From an uncultured Planctomycetales bacterium (GTDB lineage: Bacteria > Planctomycetota > UBA1135), in contig CAYVPL010000002.1 of assembly GCA_964453755.1 (NCBI GenBank), positions 1-38,879 on the forward strand: a stretch of DNA of 38,879 bases. Reading direction: 5' to 3'. The notes under the pieces are model-generated. The model did not search any database and had not been told where the DNA came from. It was given only the letters and a program-made list of their open reading frames with translations. Each line of letters starts with the position of its first letter. Within the stretch, counting starts at the first letter, position 1. Made by a program: the position numbers and the translations under genes. Shown in pieces: positions 32,078-38,879 of the stretch.

Positions 32078-34183
32078 GTGATTGTGTCGGCCTCGATGCC
32101 CAGGGTCATCGAATCACCGCCGGCGGCGGGTCAGCGCGCGACGAATCGCGTGCAAATCGACCCGTTCCAGCGCGCCCTGCGGGTTCGCGAGAACTCGTTC
32201 AACGCCGAGCAGCGCACCTTCGAGCTGGTCTGGTCCACGGGCGCCGAGGGACGCCGCTACGGCTGGTCCCCCACCGGCGAGTGGGTTAACGAGTGGATCG
32301 AGGAGCTCTCCATGGAGACGGCTGCCGTCGACCTGGCTCGCCTCATCAACGGCGCGGCGGTGATCGACACGCACTCCCGCTCGAGCGTGCACGGCTCACC
32401 GTTCGACCGCGGCGTGATTGGCGTTGTCGAGCGTGCCTGGATCGAAAAGGGCGAGGGCATCGCGCTGGTGCGCCTGAGCAAGCGCGAGGACGTCGCTCCG
32501 ATCGCGCTGGACGTGCAGGATGGGATCCTTCGCCACTGCTCGATCGGCTACCAGGTGTTCGAGTGGGAAGAGACCACCACACCTGAGGACGCGAGGAACG
32601 GCGGACTGCGTCGCTTCCGCGCAACCCGCTGGCAGCCGTACGAGATCTCGCTCGTCCCGGTCGCCTTCGATGACGACGCAGTCGTCCGTACTCGCGCTCT
32701 CGAGGCTCAGCGCTACACGAGCCTCGTCCACTTCGCCGCACAACCGGCGGGTGCCACCCGAACGATTCACCAAACAGCCATGCCTCCCGAAGATCCCGCC
32801 ACTCCCACTCCGGCTGCGCCGACCACGGAAGCCGCTCGAGCCGCCGCGCCGGCGGCACCCGCTGCTCCGGCTGCGCCCGCCGTCACGTCGCCCACGGCGA
32901 CGGAGCGTGAGGCAGAGCTCGCCGAAGTGCGCCGGCACGTGCGCGGCAACAACCTCGGCCAGGCGCTGGAAGACGAGCTGATCACCGGGCTGTCCACGGG
33001 CAGCCGCACGGTGCAGCAGGTCAACCAGCGCATCCTCGCCGCACTGGCCGAGCGCAGCGCCTCGCAGCCGGTCCAGGGCAACATCCGAATGCTGCCCAAC
33101 ACGCCGGACACCGCGATGCGCGACGCAGTCGCGGGCGCGCTCCTGCACCGCGAGCGGCCTGGCTTCTACGCGCTGCCGGAGGCCAGCCAGCGCTTCCGCT
33201 CCCGCTCCCTGCTCGAGATCGGCCGGATGATGCTCGCCGCCCGCGGCGTCCAGACGGACCTCATGGGCACCGCCGAACTGGTGGAGCGCGTGATGACCTC
33301 CAGCGACTTCCCCTACGTCACGGCGGACGTCGCGAACAAGGAGCTGCAGCGCGCCTACAAGGCGAAGCAGCGCAACTTCACGCAGTTCGGCCGGCGCAGC
33401 TCGCTGCGTGACTTCAAGGCCAAGTACAGCGTGCGTCTCGGCGAGGTGCCGCCGCTGCAGGAGATCCCGATCGGGGGCGAGATCCCGATGGGCAGCATGC
33501 GCGAGTCCCGCGAGAGCTACCGCCTGCGGACCTACGCCAGCAAGATCGCGCTCTCGCGCGAGCTGCTGATCAACGACGACCTCGACGCCTTCCTGAAGCT
33601 CGCAGCCGGCTTCGGCATGCGCGCCATCCAGGTCGAGCTCAACATCGTCTGGGCGCTCCTGATCGGCTCGGACGGCCTCGGTGCCGTCATGGCCGACGGC
33701 AAGAAGCTGTTCCACGCCGACCACCTGAACTACATCACCGGCGCCACCACCGCACTCTCGGTGGAGGGCATCGGCCTGCTGCAGGAGAAGGCATTCCTGC
33801 AGAAGATGGAGGACGGAGCGACCGAGATGAGCGTGACGCTCAAGCACCTGGCGGTGCCGGCGCGCCTCGCCCTGAAGGCGGCGCAGCTGACCACGAAGAC
33901 GAACGTGGCCAAGGACGGCGACGTCAACCCGTACGTCGGACTCTTCGACTCGGTCACGCCCGAAGGCCGCCTGGACGCGGTCAGCACCAAGGCCTGGCTC
34001 GCGTTCGCGAGCACGGACGAGGTGGACGGCCTCGAGTACGCCTACCTCGAGGGTTCGGACGGCGTGCACGTCGAGACCCAGCCCAGCTGGAACACGCTCG
34101 GCATCGAGATGCGCGCCTTCCACGACTTCGGCGCCGGCCTGAACGACTGGCGCGGCATCTACCGCAGCAAGGGCGAGGCGTAA
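32078..34183 (+). CDS. prohead protease (S78/HK97-like) - Ala/Pro linker - scaffold-like segment - major capsid protein, all in one ORF
   Basis: The N-terminal ~210 aa shows AAVIDTHSRSSVHG ... GVIGVVERAW ... RHCSIGYQV, which is S78-like. The linker PTPAAPTTEAARAAAPAAPAAPAAPAV follows, then a helical segment. The last ~400 aa is capsid-like (FKAKYSVRLGEVPPLQEIPIGGEIP ... YASKIALSRELLINDD ...). The start is ambiguous: GTG at 32078 or ATG at 32096. Confidence 0.7.
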   Translation: MIVSASMPRVIESPPAAGQRATNRVQIDPFQRALRVRENSFNAEQRTFELVWSTGAEGRRYGWSPTGEWVNEWIEELSMETAAVDLARLINGAAVIDTHSRSSVHGSPFDRGVIGVVERAWIEKGEGIALVRLSKREDVAPIALDVQDGILRHCSIGYQVFEWEETTTPEDARNGGLRRFRATRWQPYEISLVPVAFDDDAVVRTRALEAQRYTSLVHFAAQPAGATRTIHQTAMPPEDPATPTPAAPTTEAARAAAPAAPAAPAAPAVTSPTATEREAELAEVRRHVRGNNLGQALEDELITGLSTGSRTVQQVNQRILAALAERSASQPVQGNIRMLPNTPDTAMRDAVAGALLHRERPGFYALPEASQRFRSRSLLEIGRMMLAARGVQTDLMGTAELVERVMTSSDFPYVTADVANKELQRAYKAKQRNFTQFGRRSSLRDFKAKYSVRLGEVPPLQEIPIGGEIPMGSMRESRESYRLRTYASKIALSRELLINDDLDAFLKLAAGFGMRAIQVELNIVWALLIGSDGLGAVMADGKKLFHADHLNYITGATTALSVEGIGLLQEKAFLQKMEDGATEMSVTLKHLAVPARLALKAAQLTTKTNVAKDGDVNPYVGLFDSVTPEGRLDAVSTKAWLAFASTDEVDGLEYAYLEGSDGVHVETQPSWNTLGIEMRAFHDFGAGLNDWRGIYRSKGEA

Positions 34184-34190
34184 GAACCCC

Positions 34191-34216
34191 GGGCCAGGCG
34201 GGAAACCGCCTGGCCC
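34191..34216 (+). other. perfect 11-bp stem-loop with a GAAA tetraloop just after the capsid gene
   Basis: GGGCCAGGCGG (34191-34201), GAAA (34202-34205), CCGCCTGGCCC (34206-34216). It lies 7 nt after the TAA at 34181-34183. No U-tract follows. Confidence 0.6.
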
Positions 34217-34237
34217 ACCGCAACCAACCACAGCACC

Positions 34238-34573
34238 ATGAAGAACATCATCCAGCCCGGTGACGTGATCAACGTCACCCCCGCCGCGGATCTCGCGTCC
34301 GGCGCCGGCTATCTGATCGGCGGCACCACGACCGGAATCCTGGGCGTGGCGCTCGCCGCGATCACCGCGGCCACGGTCGGCGCCGTCGCAGTCCGCGGCG
34401 TCGTCGAGCTGGCGAAGCTGACCACCGACGTCGTGGTGGAAGGCTCCCCGCTCTACTGGGACGACACCAACAAGCGGCTGACCTTGGTCAGCACGAACAA
34501 CTCGTTCGCCGGGCACGCGGTTGCGGCCGCCGGCAACGGCGTCACGACGGCCAAGGTCCTGCTCAACGTCTGA
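34238..34573 (+). CDS. DUF2190-family protein (capsid decoration/cement-like)
   Basis: 111 aa. PGDVINVTPAADLASGAGYLIGG ... GVALAAI ... VAVRGVVELAK ... GSPLYWDD is the DUF2190 pattern. It sits directly after the capsid gene. Confidence 0.65.
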   Translation: MKNIIQPGDVINVTPAADLASGAGYLIGGTTTGILGVALAAITAATVGAVAVRGVVELAKLTTDVVVEGSPLYWDDTNKRLTLVSTNNSFAGHAVAAAGNGVTTAKVLLNV

Positions 34574-34575
34574 AC

Positions 34576-34890
34576 GTGGGCTGGCCGCAGATGTCCGCCG
34601 GGGTGCTCAGCACCTGCCTTGCCACCTTCGGCGAGGCGGTGGTGTACACGCCGGCGGTCGGAGCGGCCATCAACCTCCGCGCCGTGTTCGACGAGGACTA
34701 CATCGCCGTGGACCCGAACACCGGGGCGGCGGTCTCCTCGGCGACGCCGACCCTCGGCATCCGACTGGCGGACCTGCCGGCGGCGCCGAAGAAGGGCGAC
34801 GTCGCCACGCTCCGCGGCCGGACCTTCAAGGTCGTGGACTGGCAACCGGACAGCGAGGGCAGCGGCCTGGCCGTGCTGCACGAGCAGTGA
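34576..34890 (+). CDS. head-tail joining/adaptor-like protein
   Basis: 104 aa (GTG at 34576, or ATG at 34591). FGEAVVYTP ... INLRAVFDEDY ... PTLGIRLADLP ... KGDVATLRGRTFKVVDWQPDSEGSGLAVL resembles phage head-tail joining proteins. Its position fits this role. Confidence 0.5.
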   Translation: MGWPQMSAGVLSTCLATFGEAVVYTPAVGAAINLRAVFDEDYIAVDPNTGAAVSSATPTLGIRLADLPAAPKKGDVATLRGRTFKVVDWQPDSEGSGLAVLHEQ

Positions 34891-35429
34891 GCCTGCAGCG
34901 CAAGCTCATCCGGAAGGAGGCGGTCGCGATCCTGCTCAACCAGATCCCGGCGGTGGGCGCGCGCGTCTACGGCAACCGGCGCACCGCCATGACGTCGGAC
35001 GAACTGCCCCTGATCGGGGTCTATGACGACGGCGAAGCCTCGATCACGCTGGCGGCCGACGCACCGCGCGAATACCGGCGCGTGGTCTCGCTGAACTTCG
35101 AGATCGTGGCCGAGGACAGTTCCGAGGTCGCGCTCGAGGACACGCTCGACGACATCGCGCACGCGATCGAGCAGATCTTCTTCCGGAACGACATGTTCAA
35201 CGGGAAGGCCAACACATCCACGCTGGTCAAGGTCGAGAAGGAGTTCGGCATCGACGGCCGGCAGGTCGTCGGTGCCTGCAAGTTGACCTTCGAAGTCGTC
35301 TACCACGTCGACGCCCCCGAGGCCGCCACTGACAACCTGCCGGCTCTCACGGAGACCGGCGTCGAAATCGACACGGCTCCGGTGGATGAAGTGCCTGAGA
35401 TCGAATCCGAACTCGCCGTCCCGCAATGA
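34887..35429 (+). CDS. tail completion/terminator-like protein (DUF3168-like N-terminal part) with an acidic C-terminal tail
   Basis: The GTG at 34887 overlaps the upstream stop (GTGA). AILLNQIPAVGARVYGNRRTAMTSDELPLIGVY fits the pattern of this connector class. The upstream part of the 302-aa track ORF is out of context. Confidence 0.4.
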   Translation: MSLQRKLIRKEAVAILLNQIPAVGARVYGNRRTAMTSDELPLIGVYDDGEASITLAADAPREYRRVVSLNFEIVAEDSSEVALEDTLDDIAHAIEQIFFRNDMFNGKANTSTLVKVEKEFGIDGRQVVGACKLTFEVVYHVDAPEAATDNLPALTETGVEIDTAPVDEVPEIESELAVPQ

Positions 35430-35605
35430 AGAAGCTCTCCACCATGCACGTGAAGCCGAGCAGCGAGAAGCTGGTCGTCCTCGATCCCACCACGCGGCGC
35501 CGGATTCCTGCGGAGGGACTCGAGGTGCCGCGCACCACGTACTGGATGCGCCGGCTGCGCGCCGGCGAAGTCGTCGAGTTCACCCCGAAGCCCGCGAAGT
35601 CGTAG
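35426..35605 (+). CDS. DUF2635 (Mu gp38-like) small protein; absent from the ORF track
   Basis: My own translation gives 59 aa: MKKLSTMHVKPSSEKLVVLDPTTRRRIPAEGLEVPRTTYWMRRLRAGEVVEFTPKPAKS. The VxDP ... P..G..V....YW.RRL..G.V pattern, and a position directly upstream of a Mu-type sheath gene, match DUF2635. The start overlaps the previous stop (ATGA). Confidence 0.55.
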   Translation: MKKLSTMHVKPSSEKLVVLDPTTRRRIPAEGLEVPRTTYWMRRLRAGEVVEFTPKPAKS

Positions 35606-35614
35606 GTCCCCACC

Positions 35615-37093
35615 ATGCCGCCCACCTTCAACGACATCCCCAACACGCTGCGGGTCCCCTTCGTCTACACGGAGTTCGACCCCTCGCGCGCCTACGAGGG
35701 CCCGACGATCCAGCCCTTCCACGTGCTGGTGCTCGGCCAGCGGCTCACCGCCGGCACCGTGGCGGCGCTCGTCCCGACCCTGGTCACCTCGGAGGCGCAG
35801 GCTGCCGAGTACTTCGGCAAGGGATCCCAGCTGCACGGCATCGCGCGCACGCTCTTCCTGAACAACCGCGCCACCCGCATGACGTTCTGCGCGGTCAACG
35901 ACGCCGGCGGCAGCACCGCGGCCGCCGGCACGATCACGGTCACCGGGCCGTCCACGGCCGCGGGCACGATCTACCTCTACGTCGCCGGCCGCCGACTGCA
36001 GGTGGCCGTCGCGAGCGGCGCTTCGGCCAGCACCATCGCGACTGCGATCGACGCGGCCATCAACGCCGCCACCGACTTGCCCGTCACGTCCACCGTCAAC
36101 GCCGCCGTGGTCACCGTCACGGCGCGCAACAAGGGCACCGCGGCGAACGGCCTCGACCTCCGGGCTAACTACTACTCGGACGAGCGCCTGCCCGCCGGCG
36201 TCGGCCTGGCCTTCGTGCTGCTGACCGGCGGCACGGGCGATCCGGACATCGCCACCGTCTGGGCGGTGCTGGGCGAGGGCTACTACAACGTCCTGGTCTG
36301 CCCGTGGACCGACTCGGGCAACCTCGCCGCCCTCAGCACGGAGCTAACGGATCGCTTCGGCCCGCTGCGCATGATCGAGGGCCTGGCCTGCCTGGCGAAG
36401 GGCGAGACGCTCTCGAACCTGATCACCTTCGGCACCGGCCAGAACCTGCCGCACCAGACGCCGATGGGCTTCTACAAGAGCCCGACGCCGGCGTACGAGT
36501 GGGCCGGCGCCGTCGGCGCCACGGTGGCGCTCTACGGCAACATCGACCCGGCGCGGCCGTTCCAGACCCTGCCGCTGGCCGGCGTGCTGCCGCCGGCGGA
36601 GGCCGACCGCTTCACGCTCGAGGAGCGAGACCTGCTTCTGCACAGCGGCATCTCCACCTTCACGGTGGACGCCGGCAACGTGGTGCGCCTCGAGCGCCTG
36701 ATCACGAGCTACCAGGAGAACCCGTTCGGCGCGCCCGACACGGCCTACCTGGACGTGACGACGATGCTCACGCTCGGCTACCTGCGCTACGACTTCAACG
36801 CGTCGTACCTGAACCAGTTCCCGCGCCACAAGCTGGCCGACGATGGAACGCGCTTCGGCGCCGGCCAGGCCGTGATGACGCCGAAGATCGGCCGCGCCTT
36901 CGCGATCGCGAAGTTCCGCCAGTGGGAGCAGCTCGGCCTGGTGGAGAACGCCGACCAGTTCATCGCGCAGCTGATCGTCGAGCGCGATCCGCAGAACCCG
37001 AACCGCCTCAACTTCTACCTGCCGCCGGACCTCGTGAATCAGCTGATGATCACCGCGGTCCAGATCGGCTTCCGCCTGCAGTCCGCCGCCTAG
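35615..37093 (+). CDS. contractile tail sheath protein, Mu gpL-like
   Basis: 492 aa. The opening NTLRVPFVYTEFDPSRA is typical of the family. Further matches are VTARNKGTAANGLDLR, ISTFTVDAGNVVRLERLITSYQ and a C-terminal LNFYLPPDLVNQLMITAVQIGF. Confidence 0.85.
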   Translation: MPPTFNDIPNTLRVPFVYTEFDPSRAYEGPTIQPFHVLVLGQRLTAGTVAALVPTLVTSEAQAAEYFGKGSQLHGIARTLFLNNRATRMTFCAVNDAGGSTAAAGTITVTGPSTAAGTIYLYVAGRRLQVAVASGASASTIATAIDAAINAATDLPVTSTVNAAVVTVTARNKGTAANGLDLRANYYSDERLPAGVGLAFVLLTGGTGDPDIATVWAVLGEGYYNVLVCPWTDSGNLAALSTELTDRFGPLRMIEGLACLAKGETLSNLITFGTGQNLPHQTPMGFYKSPTPAYEWAGAVGATVALYGNIDPARPFQTLPLAGVLPPAEADRFTLEERDLLLHSGISTFTVDAGNVVRLERLITSYQENPFGAPDTAYLDVTTMLTLGYLRYDFNASYLNQFPRHKLADDGTRFGAGQAVMTPKIGRAFAIAKFRQWEQLGLVENADQFIAQLIVERDPQNPNRLNFYLPPDLVNQLMITAVQIGFRLQSAA

Positions 37094-37102
37094 GAGATCC
37101 TC

Positions 37103-37471
37103 ATGGCCGAGTACCCGAACCGCCGCGCCGGCACCTTGCACCTCAAGGTGAGCGGCGTCATCCACAACGCCAAGGGCAACTTCACCTACGGCCTCGGCAC
37201 CGCGAAGCGCGAGACGATCATCGGCGCCGACGGGGTGCACGGCTACAAGGAGGAGCCGCAGGCGCCGTTCATCGAGGGCGCGATCACCGATCGCGGCGAC
37301 CTCAACCTGAAGAAACTCGCACAGGCTGACGGCGAGCTGATCACCCTGGAGCTCGCCAACGGCAAGACGATCGCGCTCTCCTCCGCCTGGTTCTCCGGCG
37401 AGGGCACTGCCTCCACGGAGGAGGGCGAGATCCCGGTGCGCTGGGAAGGTCTGCACGCGGAGGAGGTGTAG
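37103..37471 (+). CDS. tail tube protein, Mu gpM-like
   Basis: 122 aa. RAGTLHLKVSGVIHNAKGNFTYGLG ... GVHGYKEEPQAPFIEGAITD ... ELANGKTIALSSAWFSGEG ... EEGEIPVRWEG matches. It lies directly after the sheath gene. Confidence 0.75.
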   Translation: MAEYPNRRAGTLHLKVSGVIHNAKGNFTYGLGTAKRETIIGADGVHGYKEEPQAPFIEGAITDRGDLNLKKLAQADGELITLELANGKTIALSSAWFSGEGTASTEEGEIPVRWEGLHAEEV

Positions 37472-37474
37472 GAC

Positions 37475-37753
37475 GTGGACCCGAGCAAGACCTACACCCT
37501 GAAGCACCCGGTCACGATCGCCGAGAAGCCGATCACGTCGCTGACGTTCCGGAAGGCGCGCTCGAAGGACTTCCGCAGCATCCCGCTGAAGGATGAACTG
37601 CTCACGCTGGGCGTGTTCATGGACATCGCCGCCAAGCTGTCCGAGCAGCCGCCGGTCGTGATCGACAGCCTGGACCCGGAGGACCTGACGGAGGTCCTGG
37701 AGATCGTGACCGCTTTTTTCGGGGTTTCCCTCCCGACTGGCGCCAAAGCCTAG
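37475..37753 (+). CDS. tail assembly chaperone (gpE/gpG-like), frame-0 product
   Basis: 92 aa with a GTG start, between the tube and tape measure genes. YTLKHPVTIAEKPITSLTFRKARSKDF resembles P2 gpE-type chaperones. Confidence 0.65.
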   Translation: MDPSKTYTLKHPVTIAEKPITSLTFRKARSKDFRSIPLKDELLTLGVFMDIAAKLSEQPPVVIDSLDPEDLTEVLEIVTAFFGVSLPTGAKA

Positions 37754-37878
37754 GGCTTTTCGCCGATCGGTGGGGATGGTCGCCGAAGGACCTGGACGAG
37801 CTCAGCGGCGAGGACATCTGGTTCTGGTGCGACGTCGCCCGCGAGCGTGACAAGCTGACGAAGCAGAACAACCCGTGA
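37475..37878 (+). CDS. tail assembly chaperone, -1 frameshift extension product (gpE+E'/gpGT analogue)
   Basis: Slipping at T_TTT_TTC (37714-37720) opens 52 further codons: RGFPPDWRQSLGLFADRWGWSPKDLDELSGEDIWFWCDVARERDKLTKQNNP. They end at TGA 37876-37878, which overlaps the tape measure GTG (GTGA). Confidence 0.6.
37714..37720 (+). promoter_or_regulatory. -1 programmed ribosomal frameshift slippery heptamer, T_TTT_TTC
   Basis: The frame-0 codons are GCT TTT TTC (37712-37720), which gives X_XXY_YYZ geometry. The site lies 31 nt before the frame-0 stop. The location (chaperone gene, just before the tape measure) is the one conserved across tailed phages. Confidence 0.6.
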
Positions 37879-38879
37879 CCGCCAAGGCCCAGTTCCCGCT
37901 CTCCGTTGTCATCGGCGCCATCGACCGCGTCAGCGCGCCGCTTATGCGGGCCCGACGCAGCATCCAGAAGGCTTTCCTCCCGATTCAGAAGATGCAGCGG
38001 TCGCTCACCGGGCTCGCGAAGGCCTCCGGCCTGGATCGAGTCGCCAGCCAGATGGGCACGGTGGTGCAGAAGACGCGTGGAGTCGCGACAGCGGTGGGCA
38101 ACCTCACGCAGCGCCTGGCCCTGATGGGAGCGGTGGCAGCCACCGCCTTCGGAGCTCTGGTCATTTCATTCACGCAGGCCGGCGACAGGATCTTGTCCAC
38201 CGCGAAGAAGCTCGGCGTCAGCGTCGAGTGGCTGCAGGAGATGGAGTTCGCCGCGGACCGCAGCGGGACGTCCTTCGACGTCCTGCAGGGCGGCCTCGGC
38301 AAGCTCTCGCGCAACATCGCGGAGGCTGCCGCAGGGCTCGGCGCCTCTCGCCTGGCCTTCGACGCGCTCGGCGTCAGCGTGGTGGACTCGGACGGCAAAA
38401 TCCGCCGCGCGGACGCGGTGTTCGGTGACGTCACGCGAAGCCTGGAGCGGCTCGAATCCCAGGAGCTGCGCAACGCCATGGCCGCCCGGATCTTCGGCCG
38501 TGCCGGCGTGGAGATGATGCCCTTCCTCGGCCAGGGCGCCGACGAGATCGACCGTCTGCGCGCGCGGGCGCGCGAACTCGGCGCGGTGATGTCGGCCGAC
38601 ACCGTCGCCGGCGCCGAGCAGCTCGGGGATTCGATCGCGGACCTGCGCTCGGCCGGGTCCGGCCTGGTGCGCACGTTCCTCGGCGCGCTCACGCCGGCGC
38701 TGCTCGCCCTGACGGAGAAGCTGACGACGCTCGTGGCGGGCTGGGGACCGAAGGTGAAGGTCTGGTCGGAGAACTTCGCAGCCACGTTGCCGGAGCGCCT
38801 GAAGAAACTGCGCAAGACTTTCGACGATGTCATGGCCGCGCTGAAGCGCTTCTTCGCCCCGATCAAGGCACTGGCCGAT
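37875..38879 (+). CDS. tail tape measure protein, N-terminal 335 codons (3' end outside the window); absent from the ORF track
   Basis: My own translation from GTG at 37875 is open to the window edge. It reads VTAKAQFPLSVVIGAIDRVSAPL ... TAKKLGVSVEWLQEMEFAADRSGTSFDVLQGGLGKLSRNIAEAA ... AFDALGVSVVDSDGKIRRADAVF ... RIFGRAGVEMMPFL. This matches the TP901-type tape measure core. Confidence 0.75.
   Translation, partial: MTAKAQFPLSVVIGAIDRVSAPLMRARRSIQKAFLPIQKMQRSLTGLAKASGLDRVASQMGTVVQKTRGVATAVGNLTQRLALMGAVAATAFGALVISFTQAGDRILSTAKKLGVSVEWLQEMEFAADRSGTSFDVLQGGLGKLSRNIAEAAAGLGASRLAFDALGVSVVDSDGKIRRADAVFGDVTRSLERLESQELRNAMAARIFGRAGVEMMPFLGQGADEIDRLRARARELGAVMSADTVAGAEQLGDSIADLRSAGSGLVRTFLGALTPALLALTEKLTTLVAGWGPKVKVWSENFAATLPERLKKLRKTFDDVMAALKRFFAPIKALAD

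Larger units (their letters stand above)
23945..38879. mobile_element. integrated tailed prophage (one arm only; it continues beyond the right window edge)
   Basis: A tRNA-fragment junction is followed by a lysis-like cassette, ParB-methylase, small and large terminase, gpW, portal, protease/capsid fusion, connector proteins, sheath, tube, frameshifted chaperone and tape measure. No integrase or second att copy lies inside the window. Confidence 0.8.

Noticed and set aside
32780-32900. A repetitive GCN/CCG-rich stretch that looks like a tandem repeat.
   Set aside because: It is in frame and encodes the Ala/Pro linker (PAAPAAPAAPA) of the protease/capsid ORF. It has no spacer/repeat organisation, so it is neither a CRISPR array nor a regulatory repeat.
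32396-34516. A 706-aa minus-strand ORF antisense to the protease/capsid gene.
   Set aside because: The composition is low-complexity (R, G, A, D, V runs). It overlaps two well-supported plus-strand phage genes and breaks the operon logic.

Overview
A 38.9 kb, very GC-rich segment (most 60-nt lines I hand-counted are about 70-87% GC) from a Gram-negative-type chromosome. It has two parts.

(1) Positions 1 to ~23.9 kb look like host DNA. They mostly encode exported, lipoprotein or envelope proteins:
- an ArnT-like GT-C glycosyltransferase, truncated at the 5' edge of the window
- two tandem outer-membrane beta-barrel paralogs
- a secreted DUF1028 Ntn-hydrolase fusion
- an orphan PilX/GspK-like protein
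- a nitroreductase
- a NodU/CmcH carbamoyltransferase
- a NifU-like protein
- Dps
- an S8 subtilase
- a DUF1080 protein
- a TraB/GumN protein coupled to a PqqB-like MBL lipoprotein
- a divergent pair of lipoprotein multihaem cytochromes c: one has 5 haems plus a PA14 domain and is coupled to a beta-propeller dehydrogenase-like protein; the other has 7 haems plus TPR repeats

The domain repertoire (DUF1080, PA14/haem proteins with a dehydrogenase-like propeller) suggests a PVC-like or similar environmental lineage. That is inference only.

(2) From ~23.9 kb to the right edge lies one arm of an integrated tailed prophage. It begins at an orphan 3' half of a tRNA-Arg(CCT), which I read as the att duplication.
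- A minus-strand lysis-like cassette comes first: a Zn-finger protein, a 2-TM holin-like protein, and a lipoprotein with a C-terminal TM that resembles a u-spanin.
- A plus-strand late operon follows: ParB-nuclease/DNA methyltransferase, a Nu1-like small terminase, GpA large terminase, gpW, a lambda-family portal, a prohead protease/linker/major capsid fusion, a DUF2190 decoration-like protein and connector proteins.
- It ends with a Mu/P2-type contractile tail: DUF2635, sheath, tube, a chaperone with a T_TTT_TTC -1 frameshift, and a tape measure truncated at the window edge.

I saw no rRNA, intact tRNA, CRISPR array, transposase or integrase in the window. Two real genes are missing from the supplied ORF track: the 59-aa DUF2635-like gene and the tape measure gene, which has no stop in the window. 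Many long ORFs in the track are GC-driven shadow ORFs. All family assignments come from motif recognition by eye and need HMM or structure confirmation.
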